From: an uncultured Verrucomicrobiae bacterium
Lineage (GTDB): Bacteria; Verrucomicrobiota; Verrucomicrobiia; Chthoniobacterales; UBA10450
Assembly (NCBI GenBank): GCA_963756875.1
Contig: CAVWPA010000003.1
Coordinates: forward strand, 512,001-576,000
Length of the DNA stretch: 64,000 nucleotides
Direction of reading: 5' to 3'
Translations under genes and position numbers: made by a program
Part shown: one piece after another, positions 38,901-48,177 of the stretch
Layout: every line of letters begins with the position of its first letter
Numbering within the stretch: the first letter of the stretch is position 1
Notes under the pieces: generated by a model
What the model was told of the DNA's origin: nothing
The model's database searches: none
Seen by the model: the letters and a program-made list of their open reading frames with translations, nothing else

Positions 38901-39920
38901 CTACACCAGAAACTTGCCACGTTGCATAACCTGTTCGCCGTCAAACCAGATGTCAAAGTCGCGGCCAACGCAGTCGATGTGCGTTTTGGAGATCCAGTTC
39001 GCGCCGGTGTGCTCGGCGTACGGGTGGCCGAAGGCGATGTGAACCCCCGGAATCTTTTCGTCCTGCAAGATATGCCCGATCACGTGCGTGCACGCGATGT
39101 TCGTGCCAATGGCAAATTCGCCGACACGATTGCTGTTTTCATCCGTGCTGGTGTAAAGGCGGAAATCGTCGCGCAGGTCCTTATTTTCCGAACGGAGATC
39201 GACGATCCGGTTGTTCTCGACCTCGATGGTAAGCGGGCTTGCCTCAAGATCGCCGTAGCGCTCGCACAGATAATCGCCAACTACGCCGTCAACGACAAAT
39301 GTCCCGTTTGTGTTCATGGGGGAAGTGAAAATTTCGCCGCCCGGAAGGTTGCCCCATTTGTCCTTTGTGATGATGCCGCTGGTTTTGAGCCACTTGAGCT
39401 TTGGAGAGAACTCCCCGACAAATTCGGTGCCGTGCTGTGTCTTACATGTGATGCGCTCTGCCTGACGCGCGCGTTCGACCAGTCGCTGGCTTAAATCATC
39501 CACGGCGTGGAAATCCGCACGCATGCCTTCCAGCATGATCTGCCGGTTGATGTTCACCATGTGGGCGTGGCGGATCCGGTGGTGGTTGACTACCGCCGTC
39601 ATTTCCGTGCGGGAACCGAGTTCGCCCGGCTGGCTTTGCGCCGCGAAGATCGACGCCTGCGAGCAGGCCAGGTCGTCCAGGATGATCTCGGGCATGAACT
39701 GAAGCGGGCGCCGCGCGTGATGCTCCAGCACAAACAGGCTGTATTCGGAACCGACACGTTCCACCTCCGTTTGCAATGCCGCCGCGATTTCGCGGGTGGC
39801 GGAGTCGGTGATAATCGTCATCCGCTCCCGCGGCTTGAGTCGCAAACAAACATTGATGGCATTGTGCGCACCGGGCATCAGCTCCGGATCAATCGGGTGG
39901 AAGTAAGCGCGGTCTGGCAT
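38901..39920 (-). CDS. M29-family (AmpS/AmpT-like) aminopeptidase
   Basis: NLPGGEIF, GEFAIGTN, LQDEKIPGVHIAFG, THIDCV. Confidence 0.88.
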   Translation of the reverse strand: MPDRAYFHPIDPELMPGAHNAINVCLRLKPRERMTIITDSATREIAAALQTEVERVGSEYSLFVLEHHARRPLQFMPEIILDDLACSQASIFAAQSQPGELGSRTEMTAVVNHHRIRHAHMVNINRQIMLEGMRADFHAVDDLSQRLVERARQAERITCKTQHGTEFVGEFSPKLKWLKTSGIITKDKWGNLPGGEIFTSPMNTNGTFVVDGVVGDYLCERYGDLEASPLTIEVENNRIVDLRSENKDLRDDFRLYTSTDENSNRVGEFAIGTNIACTHVIGHILQDEKIPGVHIAFGHPYAEHTGANWISKTHIDCVGRDFDIWFDGEQVMQRGKFLV

Positions 39921-40046
39921 TTTCGAAAGTGCTCAGTTTTACGCTGAAACTTCGCGCGAGCAAATGGGCTTTGTCAGATCGGGGCCTGGCAAGGTCTCGA
40001 ATTTCTTGCGGCTGCGCTGTAAAAACAGGCCGACAAAGCTCGATCG

Positions 40047-41180
40047 TTACGCCGCCTTAACATTTGGAACATTCAACTGTTCGTACGTTTCGGCCACGAT
40101 TTGATCGACCACGGCATTGATATCGCCGGTCCGTTCCCACACTGCCAGCTGCCGGTCCGCTCCAGTGCCTTCGCGCATGATGCGTTCGATATGCGCCAGT
40201 TCGGCGTGACTGCCGAGCTCGTCGATCTCCGGCGCGATGAACTCGAGCATTTCGTGGAGTAGATCGCGCTCGTCCACCTCGCATTTGCGTCCGAAATCGA
40301 TCAACTTCCCGTCAAGCCCGTAGCGCGCGGCGCGCCACCGGTTTTCATCGATCAGACGGCGCGGATACATGCGGAAGGTAACGTTTTCCCGGCGCAACTT
40401 GTGTAATTTCACGACAATTGCCTGGATCAGAGCAGCGAGGGCGATGGTGTCGTCGACTCGCGACTGCGCATCGCAGATACGAAATTCGATGGTGTTAAAA
40501 AATGGATGGAGCCGAATATCCCACCAGATCTTCTTGGCATTATCGATGCAATTGGTGGAAACAAGCAGTTTCAGGTAATTGTCATAATCCGACAGCGACT
40601 CGAATACGTCGGGAATTCCAGTGCGCGGGAACCGCTCAAAAATCATTTGCCGATATGCCTTTAACCCGGTGTTCTGTCCCAGCCAGAAAGGCGAATTGAC
40701 CGAGAGCGCGTAAATGTGCGGGAGGAAATAGCGCGCCTGATTCATGACGTCGATCGCTTCTTCGCGATCCGGAATTCCCACATGCACGTGCAGCGCAAAA
40801 ATGAGATTGGCACGCGCAATCTGCTGCATGTCCTGTACGATCGTGGCATAGCGCTCGTCGGCCGTGATCAACTGGTCCATCCAGTGCGAAAACGGGTGTG
40901 TCCCGGCCGAGCCGATCTTTAGTCCATCATGCGCTGCGAGCACTGCCAACTGGCTTCGCAGTTCGATCACTTGTTGCCTCGCGTCGCACGTGTCTCTGCA
41001 GATCTCTGTATCCAGTTCGACGACCGACTGGTGCATCTCCGGTTTGACGTGTTGTTTTAAAATGATTTTTCCGTCCGCCAGGATTTCCTGAATGTGCGCG
41101 TGCAGGGCGCGCGTTTGCGGGTTGATGATCTGGAATTCCTCCTCGATGCCGAGGGTGAAGGTGTGATCGCGGTAAACCAT
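40047..41180 (-). CDS. Carboxylate-amine ligase (YbdK/GCS2 family), copy 2
   Basis: TLGIEEEF, EMHQSVVEL, AGTHPF, LHVHVG, IWWDIR.HP, IEFRICD, ENRWRAARYG. Confidence 0.93.
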   Translation of the reverse strand: MVYRDHTFTLGIEEEFQIINPQTRALHAHIQEILADGKIILKQHVKPEMHQSVVELDTEICRDTCDARQQVIELRSQLAVLAAHDGLKIGSAGTHPFSHWMDQLITADERYATIVQDMQQIARANLIFALHVHVGIPDREEAIDVMNQARYFLPHIYALSVNSPFWLGQNTGLKAYRQMIFERFPRTGIPDVFESLSDYDNYLKLLVSTNCIDNAKKIWWDIRLHPFFNTIEFRICDAQSRVDDTIALAALIQAIVVKLHKLRRENVTFRMYPRRLIDENRWRAARYGLDGKLIDFGRKCEVDERDLLHEMLEFIAPEIDELGSHAELAHIERIMREGTGADRQLAVWERTGDINAVVDQIVAETYEQLNVPNVKAA

Positions 41181-41280
41181 CGGTGTCAGACTAATTCCTA
41201 CTGGGCCGGCAGACTCTCCCTCGCTTGGCGTTTGCTTTGCAAAAATTGTTCAGATCGCGGGCGCCGCAACATCGCACCCG

Positions 41281-42405
41281 TTACGCGGCTTTCGTGTTCA
41301 ACCCTTCATAGGTTTCCGCAACGATCTGGTCGACCACGGCTTTCATGTCGTGTGTTCGCTCGTACGCGGCCAGTTGCCGATCTGCGCCCGTTCCTTCGCG
41401 CATGACCCGTTCGATGTGCGCCATTTCCCGCTTGCTGCCAAGCTCACCGACCTCGGTTGAAACGAACTCGAGCAGCTCCCCCAGCAAACTGCGCGCGTCG
41501 ACTTCGGCTTCCTTGCCGAAATCGATCAGTTTTCCGTCGATTCCGTAACGCGCCGCGCGCCAGCGATTTTCGTCGAGGAGGCGGCGTCGATAAACACGAA
41601 AAGTGATGTTCTGCCAGGTCAGTTTGTAAAGCTTGGCAATCACAGCCTGGATCAGCGCAGCGATGGCCAGGGTATCATCTATTCGTGATTGCGCGTCGCA
41701 TACCCGCACCTCAAGCGTGTTAAAAACCGGGTGAAGCCGAATGTCCCACCAGATCTTCTTTGGGTTGTCGATACAGCCGGTTTTGATGAGCAATTTGCAA
41801 TAATCTTCGTACTCGGAGAGCGACTCGAAGGAGTCGGGAATGCCGGTGCGGGGAAAACGTTCGAACACCTTCAGGCGATAACCTTTCAGGCCGGTGTTGC
41901 GGCCGACCCAGAACGGCGAGTTGACCGAAAGCGCATAAATATGCGGCAGGAAATAACGCACCTGATTCATGACGTGAATGGCCGATTCGCGATCGGGGAT
42001 TCCGACGTGCACGTGCAATCCAAAGATGAGATTGGCTCGTGCCAGCAACTGCATGTCTTTGACGATTTCCTGATAGCGCTCGCCTTCGGTGATCAATTGA
42101 TCGTGCCAATGGGAAAAAGGATGCGTCCCGACCGAGGCAATCTTGAGGCCGCCGCGTCCGGCTAGCTCGGCCAGTCTGCTGCGCAATTCGCCGACGTGCT
42201 CCCGAGCACACGAAATCGAATCGCAAATCTCAGTGCCCAGCTCGACTACCGATTGATGCATTTCCGGCTTGATCTGTTCTTTCAGTGTGACTTTGCCGCC
42301 TTCGAGAATTTCCTGAATATGCGAGCGCAATTCGCGCGAAACGGGGTCGATAATCGCAAACTCCTCCTCGATCCCGAGAGTGAACGTATGCTCCTTGGCG
42401 CTCAT
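41281..42405 (-). CDS. Carboxylate-amine ligase (YbdK/GCS2 family), copy 1
   Basis: Same motifs as adjacent paralog. Confidence 0.93.
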   Translation of the reverse strand: MSAKEHTFTLGIEEEFAIIDPVSRELRSHIQEILEGGKVTLKEQIKPEMHQSVVELGTEICDSISCAREHVGELRSRLAELAGRGGLKIASVGTHPFSHWHDQLITEGERYQEIVKDMQLLARANLIFGLHVHVGIPDRESAIHVMNQVRYFLPHIYALSVNSPFWVGRNTGLKGYRLKVFERFPRTGIPDSFESLSEYEDYCKLLIKTGCIDNPKKIWWDIRLHPVFNTLEVRVCDAQSRIDDTLAIAALIQAVIAKLYKLTWQNITFRVYRRRLLDENRWRAARYGIDGKLIDFGKEAEVDARSLLGELLEFVSTEVGELGSKREMAHIERVMREGTGADRQLAAYERTHDMKAVVDQIVAETYEGLNTKAA

Positions 42406-42439
42406 GGCGGACCACAAATGTCCTTCAAAAACAACACGC

Positions 42440-42660
42440 TGTCATCCCGAGTCGCGGAGACGACGAGGGACCTCGCAAAAACACAATGATCACACAGGTT
42501 GCCTTGTGTGAGGCCTCGCCGTTGCGAGATCCTTCAGCTGCGCTCAGAAGCACGAATTTCGAATCAATGACGAAGCACCCGCCTTCGCTGTGCTGCGGCG
42601 CGGCAGGCAAATGACGAATGCCCATTCGTGATGCGCAACGCGCTTGTTGATTTCGTCATT
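42440..42660. repeat. Cluster of palindromic repeats (TGTCATCCCGAG...GATCCTTC type, AATGACG array, 31-bp element at 42577-42607)
   Basis: TGTCATCCCGAG...GAGGGACCTCGC / GCGAGATCCTTC; AATGACGAA...TTCGTCATT; ACCCGCCTTCGCTGTGCTGCGGCGCGGCAGG. Confidence 0.65.
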
Positions 42661-43639
42661 TTTCTTCCAGCTCTTGTGCGAGTTCGCCTAACGAACGTTT
42701 CGTCACCGCGGCCTGCATGAACCTGCCCCAGCTCAAATTGTCACGGCCGGGAACGTGTTCGCGCGCTTTGCGTATGGCCATCTCCGAGACCGCTTCCACC
42801 ACCCATTCGAAGCTCGGCTGGCCGATCATGGCCGCTTCCGCGTCCGGGGCGGGGTTGCAAAAATCGATCGCGACCGGAACACCGTCGCGTATTGCAAACT
42901 CAACCGTGTTCAGATCGTAGCCGAGAAACTGATTCAGTTTAACCACGCCTTCTTCCACCTTTTCCACAACCTCCTTTGGCGCGTGCCATTCTGTTTGATA
43001 GCGCAAATGGTAGGGATGTCGCGGCTCATACGGCATGAGGCGAACATGGCGCTGGTCGATGGAGTAACAGCGAAAGTACATGTCGAATTTTACTTCCTCC
43101 TGCAGCATCATGACCAGTTGGCCGGTCTCGTTGTAAGCGCGAAAAAACTCCTCCCGGTTGTGTAATCGGTAGACATTTTTCCAGCCGCCGCCCGCGTATG
43201 GTTTGAAAAACGCCGGCCAGCCGACGTAGCTGAAAATTCCCTCCCAATCGAGCGGGTAACCGAGATTGCGAAACGATTTGTCGTTCGTGTCAGGCGGCGG
43301 TTGGTTGGACGGCAGCAAAACTGTGCGCGGAACGGCCACGTCGATTTTGGTGGCCAGGGCATTGTTAAAAAACTTCTCATCGGCGCTCCACCAAAACGGA
43401 TTGTTCACGACAGCCGTCCCGCTCAGCGCGGCGTTTTTAAGCCAGGCCCGATAGAAGGGCACGTCCTGCGAGATCCGGTCGATCACGACATCGTAGCCGC
43501 ATGGCTCGCCTTGAAGCACCTTCTCGATCTTGACGAACTCCGCGACAATCTCTTTGCCACCCGTCTTCTGGTTGACGCGATCGACGAACGCCGGAGGGAA
43601 ACTATGTTCCTGGCCAAAAAGGATTCCGATTTTTTTCAT
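42656..43639 (-). CDS. ATP-grasp amidoligase (RimK/GshB-like fold)
   Basis: VIDRIS, VVNNPF...DEKF, FFKPYAGGGWKNV, MLQEEV, TVEFA...IDFCNP. Confidence 0.85.
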   Translation of the reverse strand: MKKIGILFGQEHSFPPAFVDRVNQKTGGKEIVAEFVKIEKVLQGEPCGYDVVIDRISQDVPFYRAWLKNAALSGTAVVNNPFWWSADEKFFNNALATKIDVAVPRTVLLPSNQPPPDTNDKSFRNLGYPLDWEGIFSYVGWPAFFKPYAGGGWKNVYRLHNREEFFRAYNETGQLVMMLQEEVKFDMYFRCYSIDQRHVRLMPYEPRHPYHLRYQTEWHAPKEVVEKVEEGVVKLNQFLGYDLNTVEFAIRDGVPVAIDFCNPAPDAEAAMIGQPSFEWVVEAVSEMAIRKAREHVPGRDNLSWGRFMQAAVTKRSLGELAQELEEK

Positions 43640-43649
43640 AAATTCGTTA

Positions 43650-43744
43650 GGTAGGGACAGCTCTCTGAGCCGTCCGATTTATTCAGTCTCCGGTGCGCTG
43701 CGCAAGAGGAATTCGCCGGACGCTCACGAAGGTGCGTCCCTACC
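43650..43744. repeat. GTAG-type REP doublet
   Basis: GGTAGGGAC...CGTCCG ... CGGACG...GTCCCTACC. Confidence 0.7.
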
Positions 43745-43749
43745 ATTCC

Positions 43750-46137
43750 TTAAAATCGCTTCGGGTGCCAATTCGGCTTGGAGAGGCTGCCTTCGCCCTT
43801 GTATTCGAAAAGCTTGTAAACCGGCATGAGCAGGAGACCCGGCCCCTTCGGGCTGATGCGCACGTCGAAATCGATTCGATCGTCGAGAAAGTAAATATTT
43901 CCGTGGCCAACCATGTCGAAGAGTTTGCCCGCCACGTCGAAATCGTCGGTATGGATGACTCCATCCTTCACGGTAAAGCTGGCACTGGCTGTTCGGGCGA
44001 TGCTGTAGCCTGCGCCGGGCAGGAGATGATTCAAAATTCCCGATAGCGGGCCGAAAACCGGGATTGCAAAAACGTCGCCATTGGCCACTTCCAATTTTCC
44101 GCTCCCTTGCATCTTTCGCGAATCGCTGCCCAGTCCATCGAAATCGTAAACCGCGTTCAATTCGCCCTGCGCGGTCTTGTAGTTGTAATAGAGATCGGTG
44201 AGTCGCGGGAAATTGACACTTTTGACGGCGATGGTCGCGTGATAATGCGAATCGTTGTGCGCGAGGGAAATATCGGCGTGGCCGCGCACAGTTCCTGAAA
44301 AGAGCGTGCCGTTCAGATCGTTGATCTGCAAACGATCGGTCGTAAATAGCAGTTTGCTGGAAACACGGTCGAAGGGCAGCGTCTTTCCTAGGAAATCGTA
44401 AGCCATTCCCCCTGGAGAATCGACATGGATGTCCAGCCGTGTCTTCTTGCCGCCTTGAAACTGGTAAACGCCGTCGGCGGTAATATTCGGCGGCTGCCGG
44501 AACTTATAAGGCGTGACGGTTTTCCAAAGCTTCGGATCGATCCAGAAAATCACGTCCGCCGGCCACAACGCCGTCTTGATATTGGCAATCCGTACTTCGT
44601 GTTTCGCAAAGTCATAGGTGAAGCTTCCCGTGCCGACGCCTTCGTCGCGCGCCACCCGCAGATCGTCGTAAGTCACCGCGCCGTCGCCGAAGTGAATTTT
44701 CGCACTGGCACTCTTTGCCCACACTCCCCGGAACCGCGCCCGGCCCATGGTGACGGTTCCGTCGCCATGCCAGTCTTCCGGCTTCCGATCCGGACCGCGA
44801 ATGGCGAGGTGGACGGCGGGCGGACGTGGCCACTCCCACTCGCCCAAAAGCTCCTGTAACTCAGGCGAGACAAATACACGGAACACGGCCGGGTTTATTG
44901 TGCTGTCGATGTTGAGCCGAAAATCGCCCGGTGAATCCAGACAATCCGCCCGCAGTTCTCCGCTGGAGTGAGCAACATGGACGTCACGCAAAAGCGTGCG
45001 CTCGCCATCCCAGGAAAAACCGACATTGAAATTCGAAAGCGGCACCGTTTTGTAGGCGAAATTGTCGGCGCTGACATGGCCGATCACTTTTAGCTGAGGG
45101 CGTGCTTCGGTAAAATTGGCGGAGCCGGAGAGTTCGATTTGTGGCGGCGAATTAAACGTCGCGTCAGCCAGAAGACGGCCCATGCCGGCAGCTGCGAGAA
45201 ACGATTTGAGATCGAGGCTGCTGCGCGCCTGGAAATTGGCCAGCTTCTTTTGGCGGCTCCAATCGCCGCGCGCGGCAAAACTGCCGGCGCTATCCTTCCA
45301 TTCGCACTGCGTAATGTTGAGCGTCTGATCGCTCCATTCGGCGGCGGCAAATAAATCGCGCATCTCATAATTTTCCAGGCGCAACTGTTTCCCTCGCAGA
45401 GTCGCATCGACGTGTGCGTTCTCAATTTGCGCAAGATCGCCGCTGAATTTCACCTGCAGCCACGGCGGTCCGGCTGGAAAGCGGAACTTTTTCAGTTCGG
45501 CGGCTACCCGGCGCAGGATCGACAACCGTGTGTGCCATTCCTGGTCCGTTATCGGAGCCGACGGTTGATAATTTTCACGCTTGATCAGCTGGCCGCTCGC
45601 GGAAATGCGCACCCCGCAAAAAATCCCCTCGGCCTGACTGACATCGATTTGCTCCGGCGGAAAATAGACGTGAGCGTGGAAATTCGTCAGCTGCGCCTCG
45701 TCGCTTTTCCCCTCGGCCTCGTTGAGCGGCAGAGTGATTCGTGCGTTGCGGACATCGATTGCGTTCAGAAATGGCTGGTGATGAAAAAGCGCGGCGTAAT
45801 TAATATCGAGTGCGATCTCACTCACCACCGCGAGCGTCTTCTCACGCCTCTTGTAATCAAAGACACGAACATCCTGAGCGACGAGTCCGCGGAATGGATC
45901 GAGCGTAAGGCGTCCGATGGAGGCTTCGACACCGCGCTTGTGCAGCTCTTCCACCACCCGGTGCCGCCATTGCTGGCCGAAACCCTGGCGCGCCAGGTAC
46001 CAGCCGCCGCCAAGCGCGCCGGCGAGGACCAGAATGATAAAAAGACGAATTGCAACTTTTGCCCTGCGGCGCGCAGAAAGCGACCGCTTGTCTCGCGCGA
46101 GGGCGGCCGGTTGCGGTTCTTCGAGAACTTGCGACAT
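43750..46137 (-). CDS. AsmA-like (repeating beta-groove) envelope protein
   Basis: N-terminal TM anchor, long beta-rich body, C-terminal ...KLFEYKGEGSLSKPNW typical of AsmA C-termini. Confidence 0.75.
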   Translation of the reverse strand: MSQVLEEPQPAALARDKRSLSARRRAKVAIRLFIILVLAGALGGGWYLARQGFGQQWRHRVVEELHKRGVEASIGRLTLDPFRGLVAQDVRVFDYKRREKTLAVVSEIALDINYAALFHHQPFLNAIDVRNARITLPLNEAEGKSDEAQLTNFHAHVYFPPEQIDVSQAEGIFCGVRISASGQLIKRENYQPSAPITDQEWHTRLSILRRVAAELKKFRFPAGPPWLQVKFSGDLAQIENAHVDATLRGKQLRLENYEMRDLFAAAEWSDQTLNITQCEWKDSAGSFAARGDWSRQKKLANFQARSSLDLKSFLAAAGMGRLLADATFNSPPQIELSGSANFTEARPQLKVIGHVSADNFAYKTVPLSNFNVGFSWDGERTLLRDVHVAHSSGELRADCLDSPGDFRLNIDSTINPAVFRVFVSPELQELLGEWEWPRPPAVHLAIRGPDRKPEDWHGDGTVTMGRARFRGVWAKSASAKIHFGDGAVTYDDLRVARDEGVGTGSFTYDFAKHEVRIANIKTALWPADVIFWIDPKLWKTVTPYKFRQPPNITADGVYQFQGGKKTRLDIHVDSPGGMAYDFLGKTLPFDRVSSKLLFTTDRLQINDLNGTLFSGTVRGHADISLAHNDSHYHATIAVKSVNFPRLTDLYYNYKTAQGELNAVYDFDGLGSDSRKMQGSGKLEVANGDVFAIPVFGPLSGILNHLLPGAGYSIARTASASFTVKDGVIHTDDFDVAGKLFDMVGHGNIYFLDDRIDFDVRISPKGPGLLLMPVYKLFEYKGEGSLSKPNWHPKRF

Positions 46138-46151
46138 GTGTTGGTTACAGA

Positions 46152-46598
46152 ATGATCTCCATCTCCAGCCTTCCTGCAATAAACGCCTCGCTCAACTTTG
46201 TGAGTACCCTGTTTATTTCGATCGGCTGGTACTGGATCCGGAAGGGATTCTGGCGCCGCCACATGGTCTGCATGATCGCGGCTGTCACCTCATCGACACT
46301 TTTTTTGGTCGGCTATATCGTTTATCACGCGCACGTCGGCGAGAAATCGACGCATTTTGCGGCGGGCGGATTAGTCGCGTGGATTTACTTTCCGATGCTG
46401 ATTTCACACATCCTGCTGGCGTTTGTCACGCTACCGCTGGTCATCGTCACCCTGGTCCAGGTTTTTCGCCGGCGATGGGATCGGCACCGGGCCATTGCGC
46501 GATGGACCCTGCCGATCTGGCTTTACGTTTCCGTGACCGGGGTTCTCGTTTACCTCATGCTTTACCAATGGTTTCCGCCACCTGGCATTTCCAGGTAG
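46152..46598 (+). CDS. DUF420 (CtaM/YozB-like) membrane protein
   Basis: LPAINASLN, H...M, FLVGYIVYH, SHILLA, HRAIARWTLPIWLYVSVTG. Confidence 0.9.
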   Translation: MISISSLPAINASLNFVSTLFISIGWYWIRKGFWRRHMVCMIAAVTSSTLFLVGYIVYHAHVGEKSTHFAAGGLVAWIYFPMLISHILLAFVTLPLVIVTLVQVFRRRWDRHRAIARWTLPIWLYVSVTGVLVYLMLYQWFPPPGISR

Positions 46599-46685
46599 GG
46601 ATGGCTCTCCCTCGCTTCCCCATGTTGCAACTGCCGCGGAATTGATGTTTGATCACGGGACGCAGCGCCGCTGCCGAACAAATTT

Positions 46686-47141
46686 ATGGTGACGATCGCA
46701 ACGTTTAATGAGGCGGCCAAGGCCAAGAACCTCAAAGCGCGCCTTCAACAGGCGGGCTTGCATACCGACATTCATAATGAAGCTCCCTTGCAGCAGGTTG
46801 CCTTCATGTCCAGGCCGCATGCCAACGTCAAGGTGCTGGTCGAAGACAGCGACTTCGAGCGCGCCCAAAACCTGATGATCGAGTGGGAGGCGAGCGATCC
46901 GGACATCGCTTTGGCCCTGGTTCGTTGCCCACAGTGCGGCTCCTCGCGGATCCAATATCCTCAATTGACCCGCAAGTTTATCACGCCCGACATCGCCAGC
47001 GTTCTTCTTACACTCAGGATTTTTCCCAAGGAATTTTATTGCGAGGATTGCCACTTCACCTGGACCGAAGAGAAACAGCGAACGATCGGGCGGCTGTGGC
47101 ATCGCTTTTTTCCCGGAAACGAATCGAAACCCACCGGTTAG
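46686..47141 (+). CDS. DUF2007-like protein with Zn ribbon
   Basis: VTIATF...LKARLQQAG, VKVLV...DFERA, RCPQCGS, YCEDCHFTW. Confidence 0.7.
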   Translation: MVTIATFNEAAKAKNLKARLQQAGLHTDIHNEAPLQQVAFMSRPHANVKVLVEDSDFERAQNLMIEWEASDPDIALALVRCPQCGSSRIQYPQLTRKFITPDIASVLLTLRIFPKEFYCEDCHFTWTEEKQRTIGRLWHRFFPGNESKPTG

Positions 47142-47219
47142 GCCGGGCAACATTTGCCTGCGGCACGTCGCGGCTGAAAATTACGGGCCGGAAAGGTTCA
47201 TGATCGCGAATTCTCATCG

Positions 47220-48059
47220 ATGAAGTGGCTTTTTGCTCTACTGCTGGCGATCGTCATTTTTGGCGGCGCCGCCTGGTTCGGTTACAACTTTGTCTTCAAG
47301 CAGGACATCGAAGTCCGGAGGGAACAGCGCGGCGAAATCACGCCGGAACCCAGGGTCGATATTAGTCTGCCGGAGTTTCAGGCGGCCGCGAAGTTACGCC
47401 AGGAAGGCAAATTAAGTGAGGCCCGTGCGGCGCTCACCGCATTCATTCAAAAATACCCGGCCGGTCAGCACGTCGAGGAAGCGAAGGACCTGCTGGGCGA
47501 GGTCAACGTCGATATCCTCCTTTCTCGCACGCCTTCGCCGGAAAAGCAGGAATACATCGTTCGGTCGGGCGACGTGCTGCAGAAAATCGCCCGCAAGCTG
47601 AAATCGACGCCCGAACTCATCATGCGCATGAACAATTTGAGCGGCACCATGCTGCACATCGGCGATCGCCTGCTCGTTTCGCATCCGCAATTTTCGATGA
47701 TCATCGACCGAAAACCGAAATTGATCGTGCTGCTGGATCACGATGCGTTTTTCAAACAGTACCACATAAGGGAAGAAAAGCTGCCACCCAGGCGGCCCGC
47801 GAAGGTCACCACGAGGGTTTCTGAAGTGATGGCCTGGAAAAATGGCAAGCGGATCGGATTCGGAAGCAAGGATTACGTTAGCAGCACCCGCTGGATCCGG
47901 CTGGCCGCATCGATCTATATGATTTATTCTGTGCCCGATGCGACCCATCCCGAACTTGCGCAGCCGCCGCCGGCGTCGGGCTTTGGCCTCGACGCCAGCG
48001 ATGTCGAAGAGCTGAGCAGTCTTGTCAACAGCCGGACGCCTGTCACCATTACGGACTGA
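47220..48059 (+). CDS. Membrane-anchored LysM protein with degenerate L,D-transpeptidase-like C-terminus
   Basis: TM; YIVRSGDVLQKIA...LHIGDRL (LysM); C-terminal DVEELSSLVNSRTPVTI. Confidence 0.8.
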   Translation: MKWLFALLLAIVIFGGAAWFGYNFVFKQDIEVRREQRGEITPEPRVDISLPEFQAAAKLRQEGKLSEARAALTAFIQKYPAGQHVEEAKDLLGEVNVDILLSRTPSPEKQEYIVRSGDVLQKIARKLKSTPELIMRMNNLSGTMLHIGDRLLVSHPQFSMIIDRKPKLIVLLDHDAFFKQYHIREEKLPPRRPAKVTTRVSEVMAWKNGKRIGFGSKDYVSSTRWIRLAASIYMIYSVPDATHPELAQPPPASGFGLDASDVEELSSLVNSRTPVTITD

Positions 48060-48071
48060 GATTTGTGGAAA

Positions 48072-48169
48072 GGTTAAAAGAGTTACAAGTGTTACATTGT
48101 TAAAAATGGATGACCGGAGCTTGCTACGCCTGCAACCTTGTAACTTTTTAACGTTGTAGCCTTTTTAGC
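48072..48169. repeat. Short-period GTTAAA/GTTACA inverted array, copy 2
   Basis: GGTTAAAAGAGTTACAAGTGTTACATTGTTAAAA ... CAACCTTGTAACTTTTTAACGTTGTAGCCTTTTTAGC. Confidence 0.7.
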
Positions 48170-48177
48170 GTTTTCTC

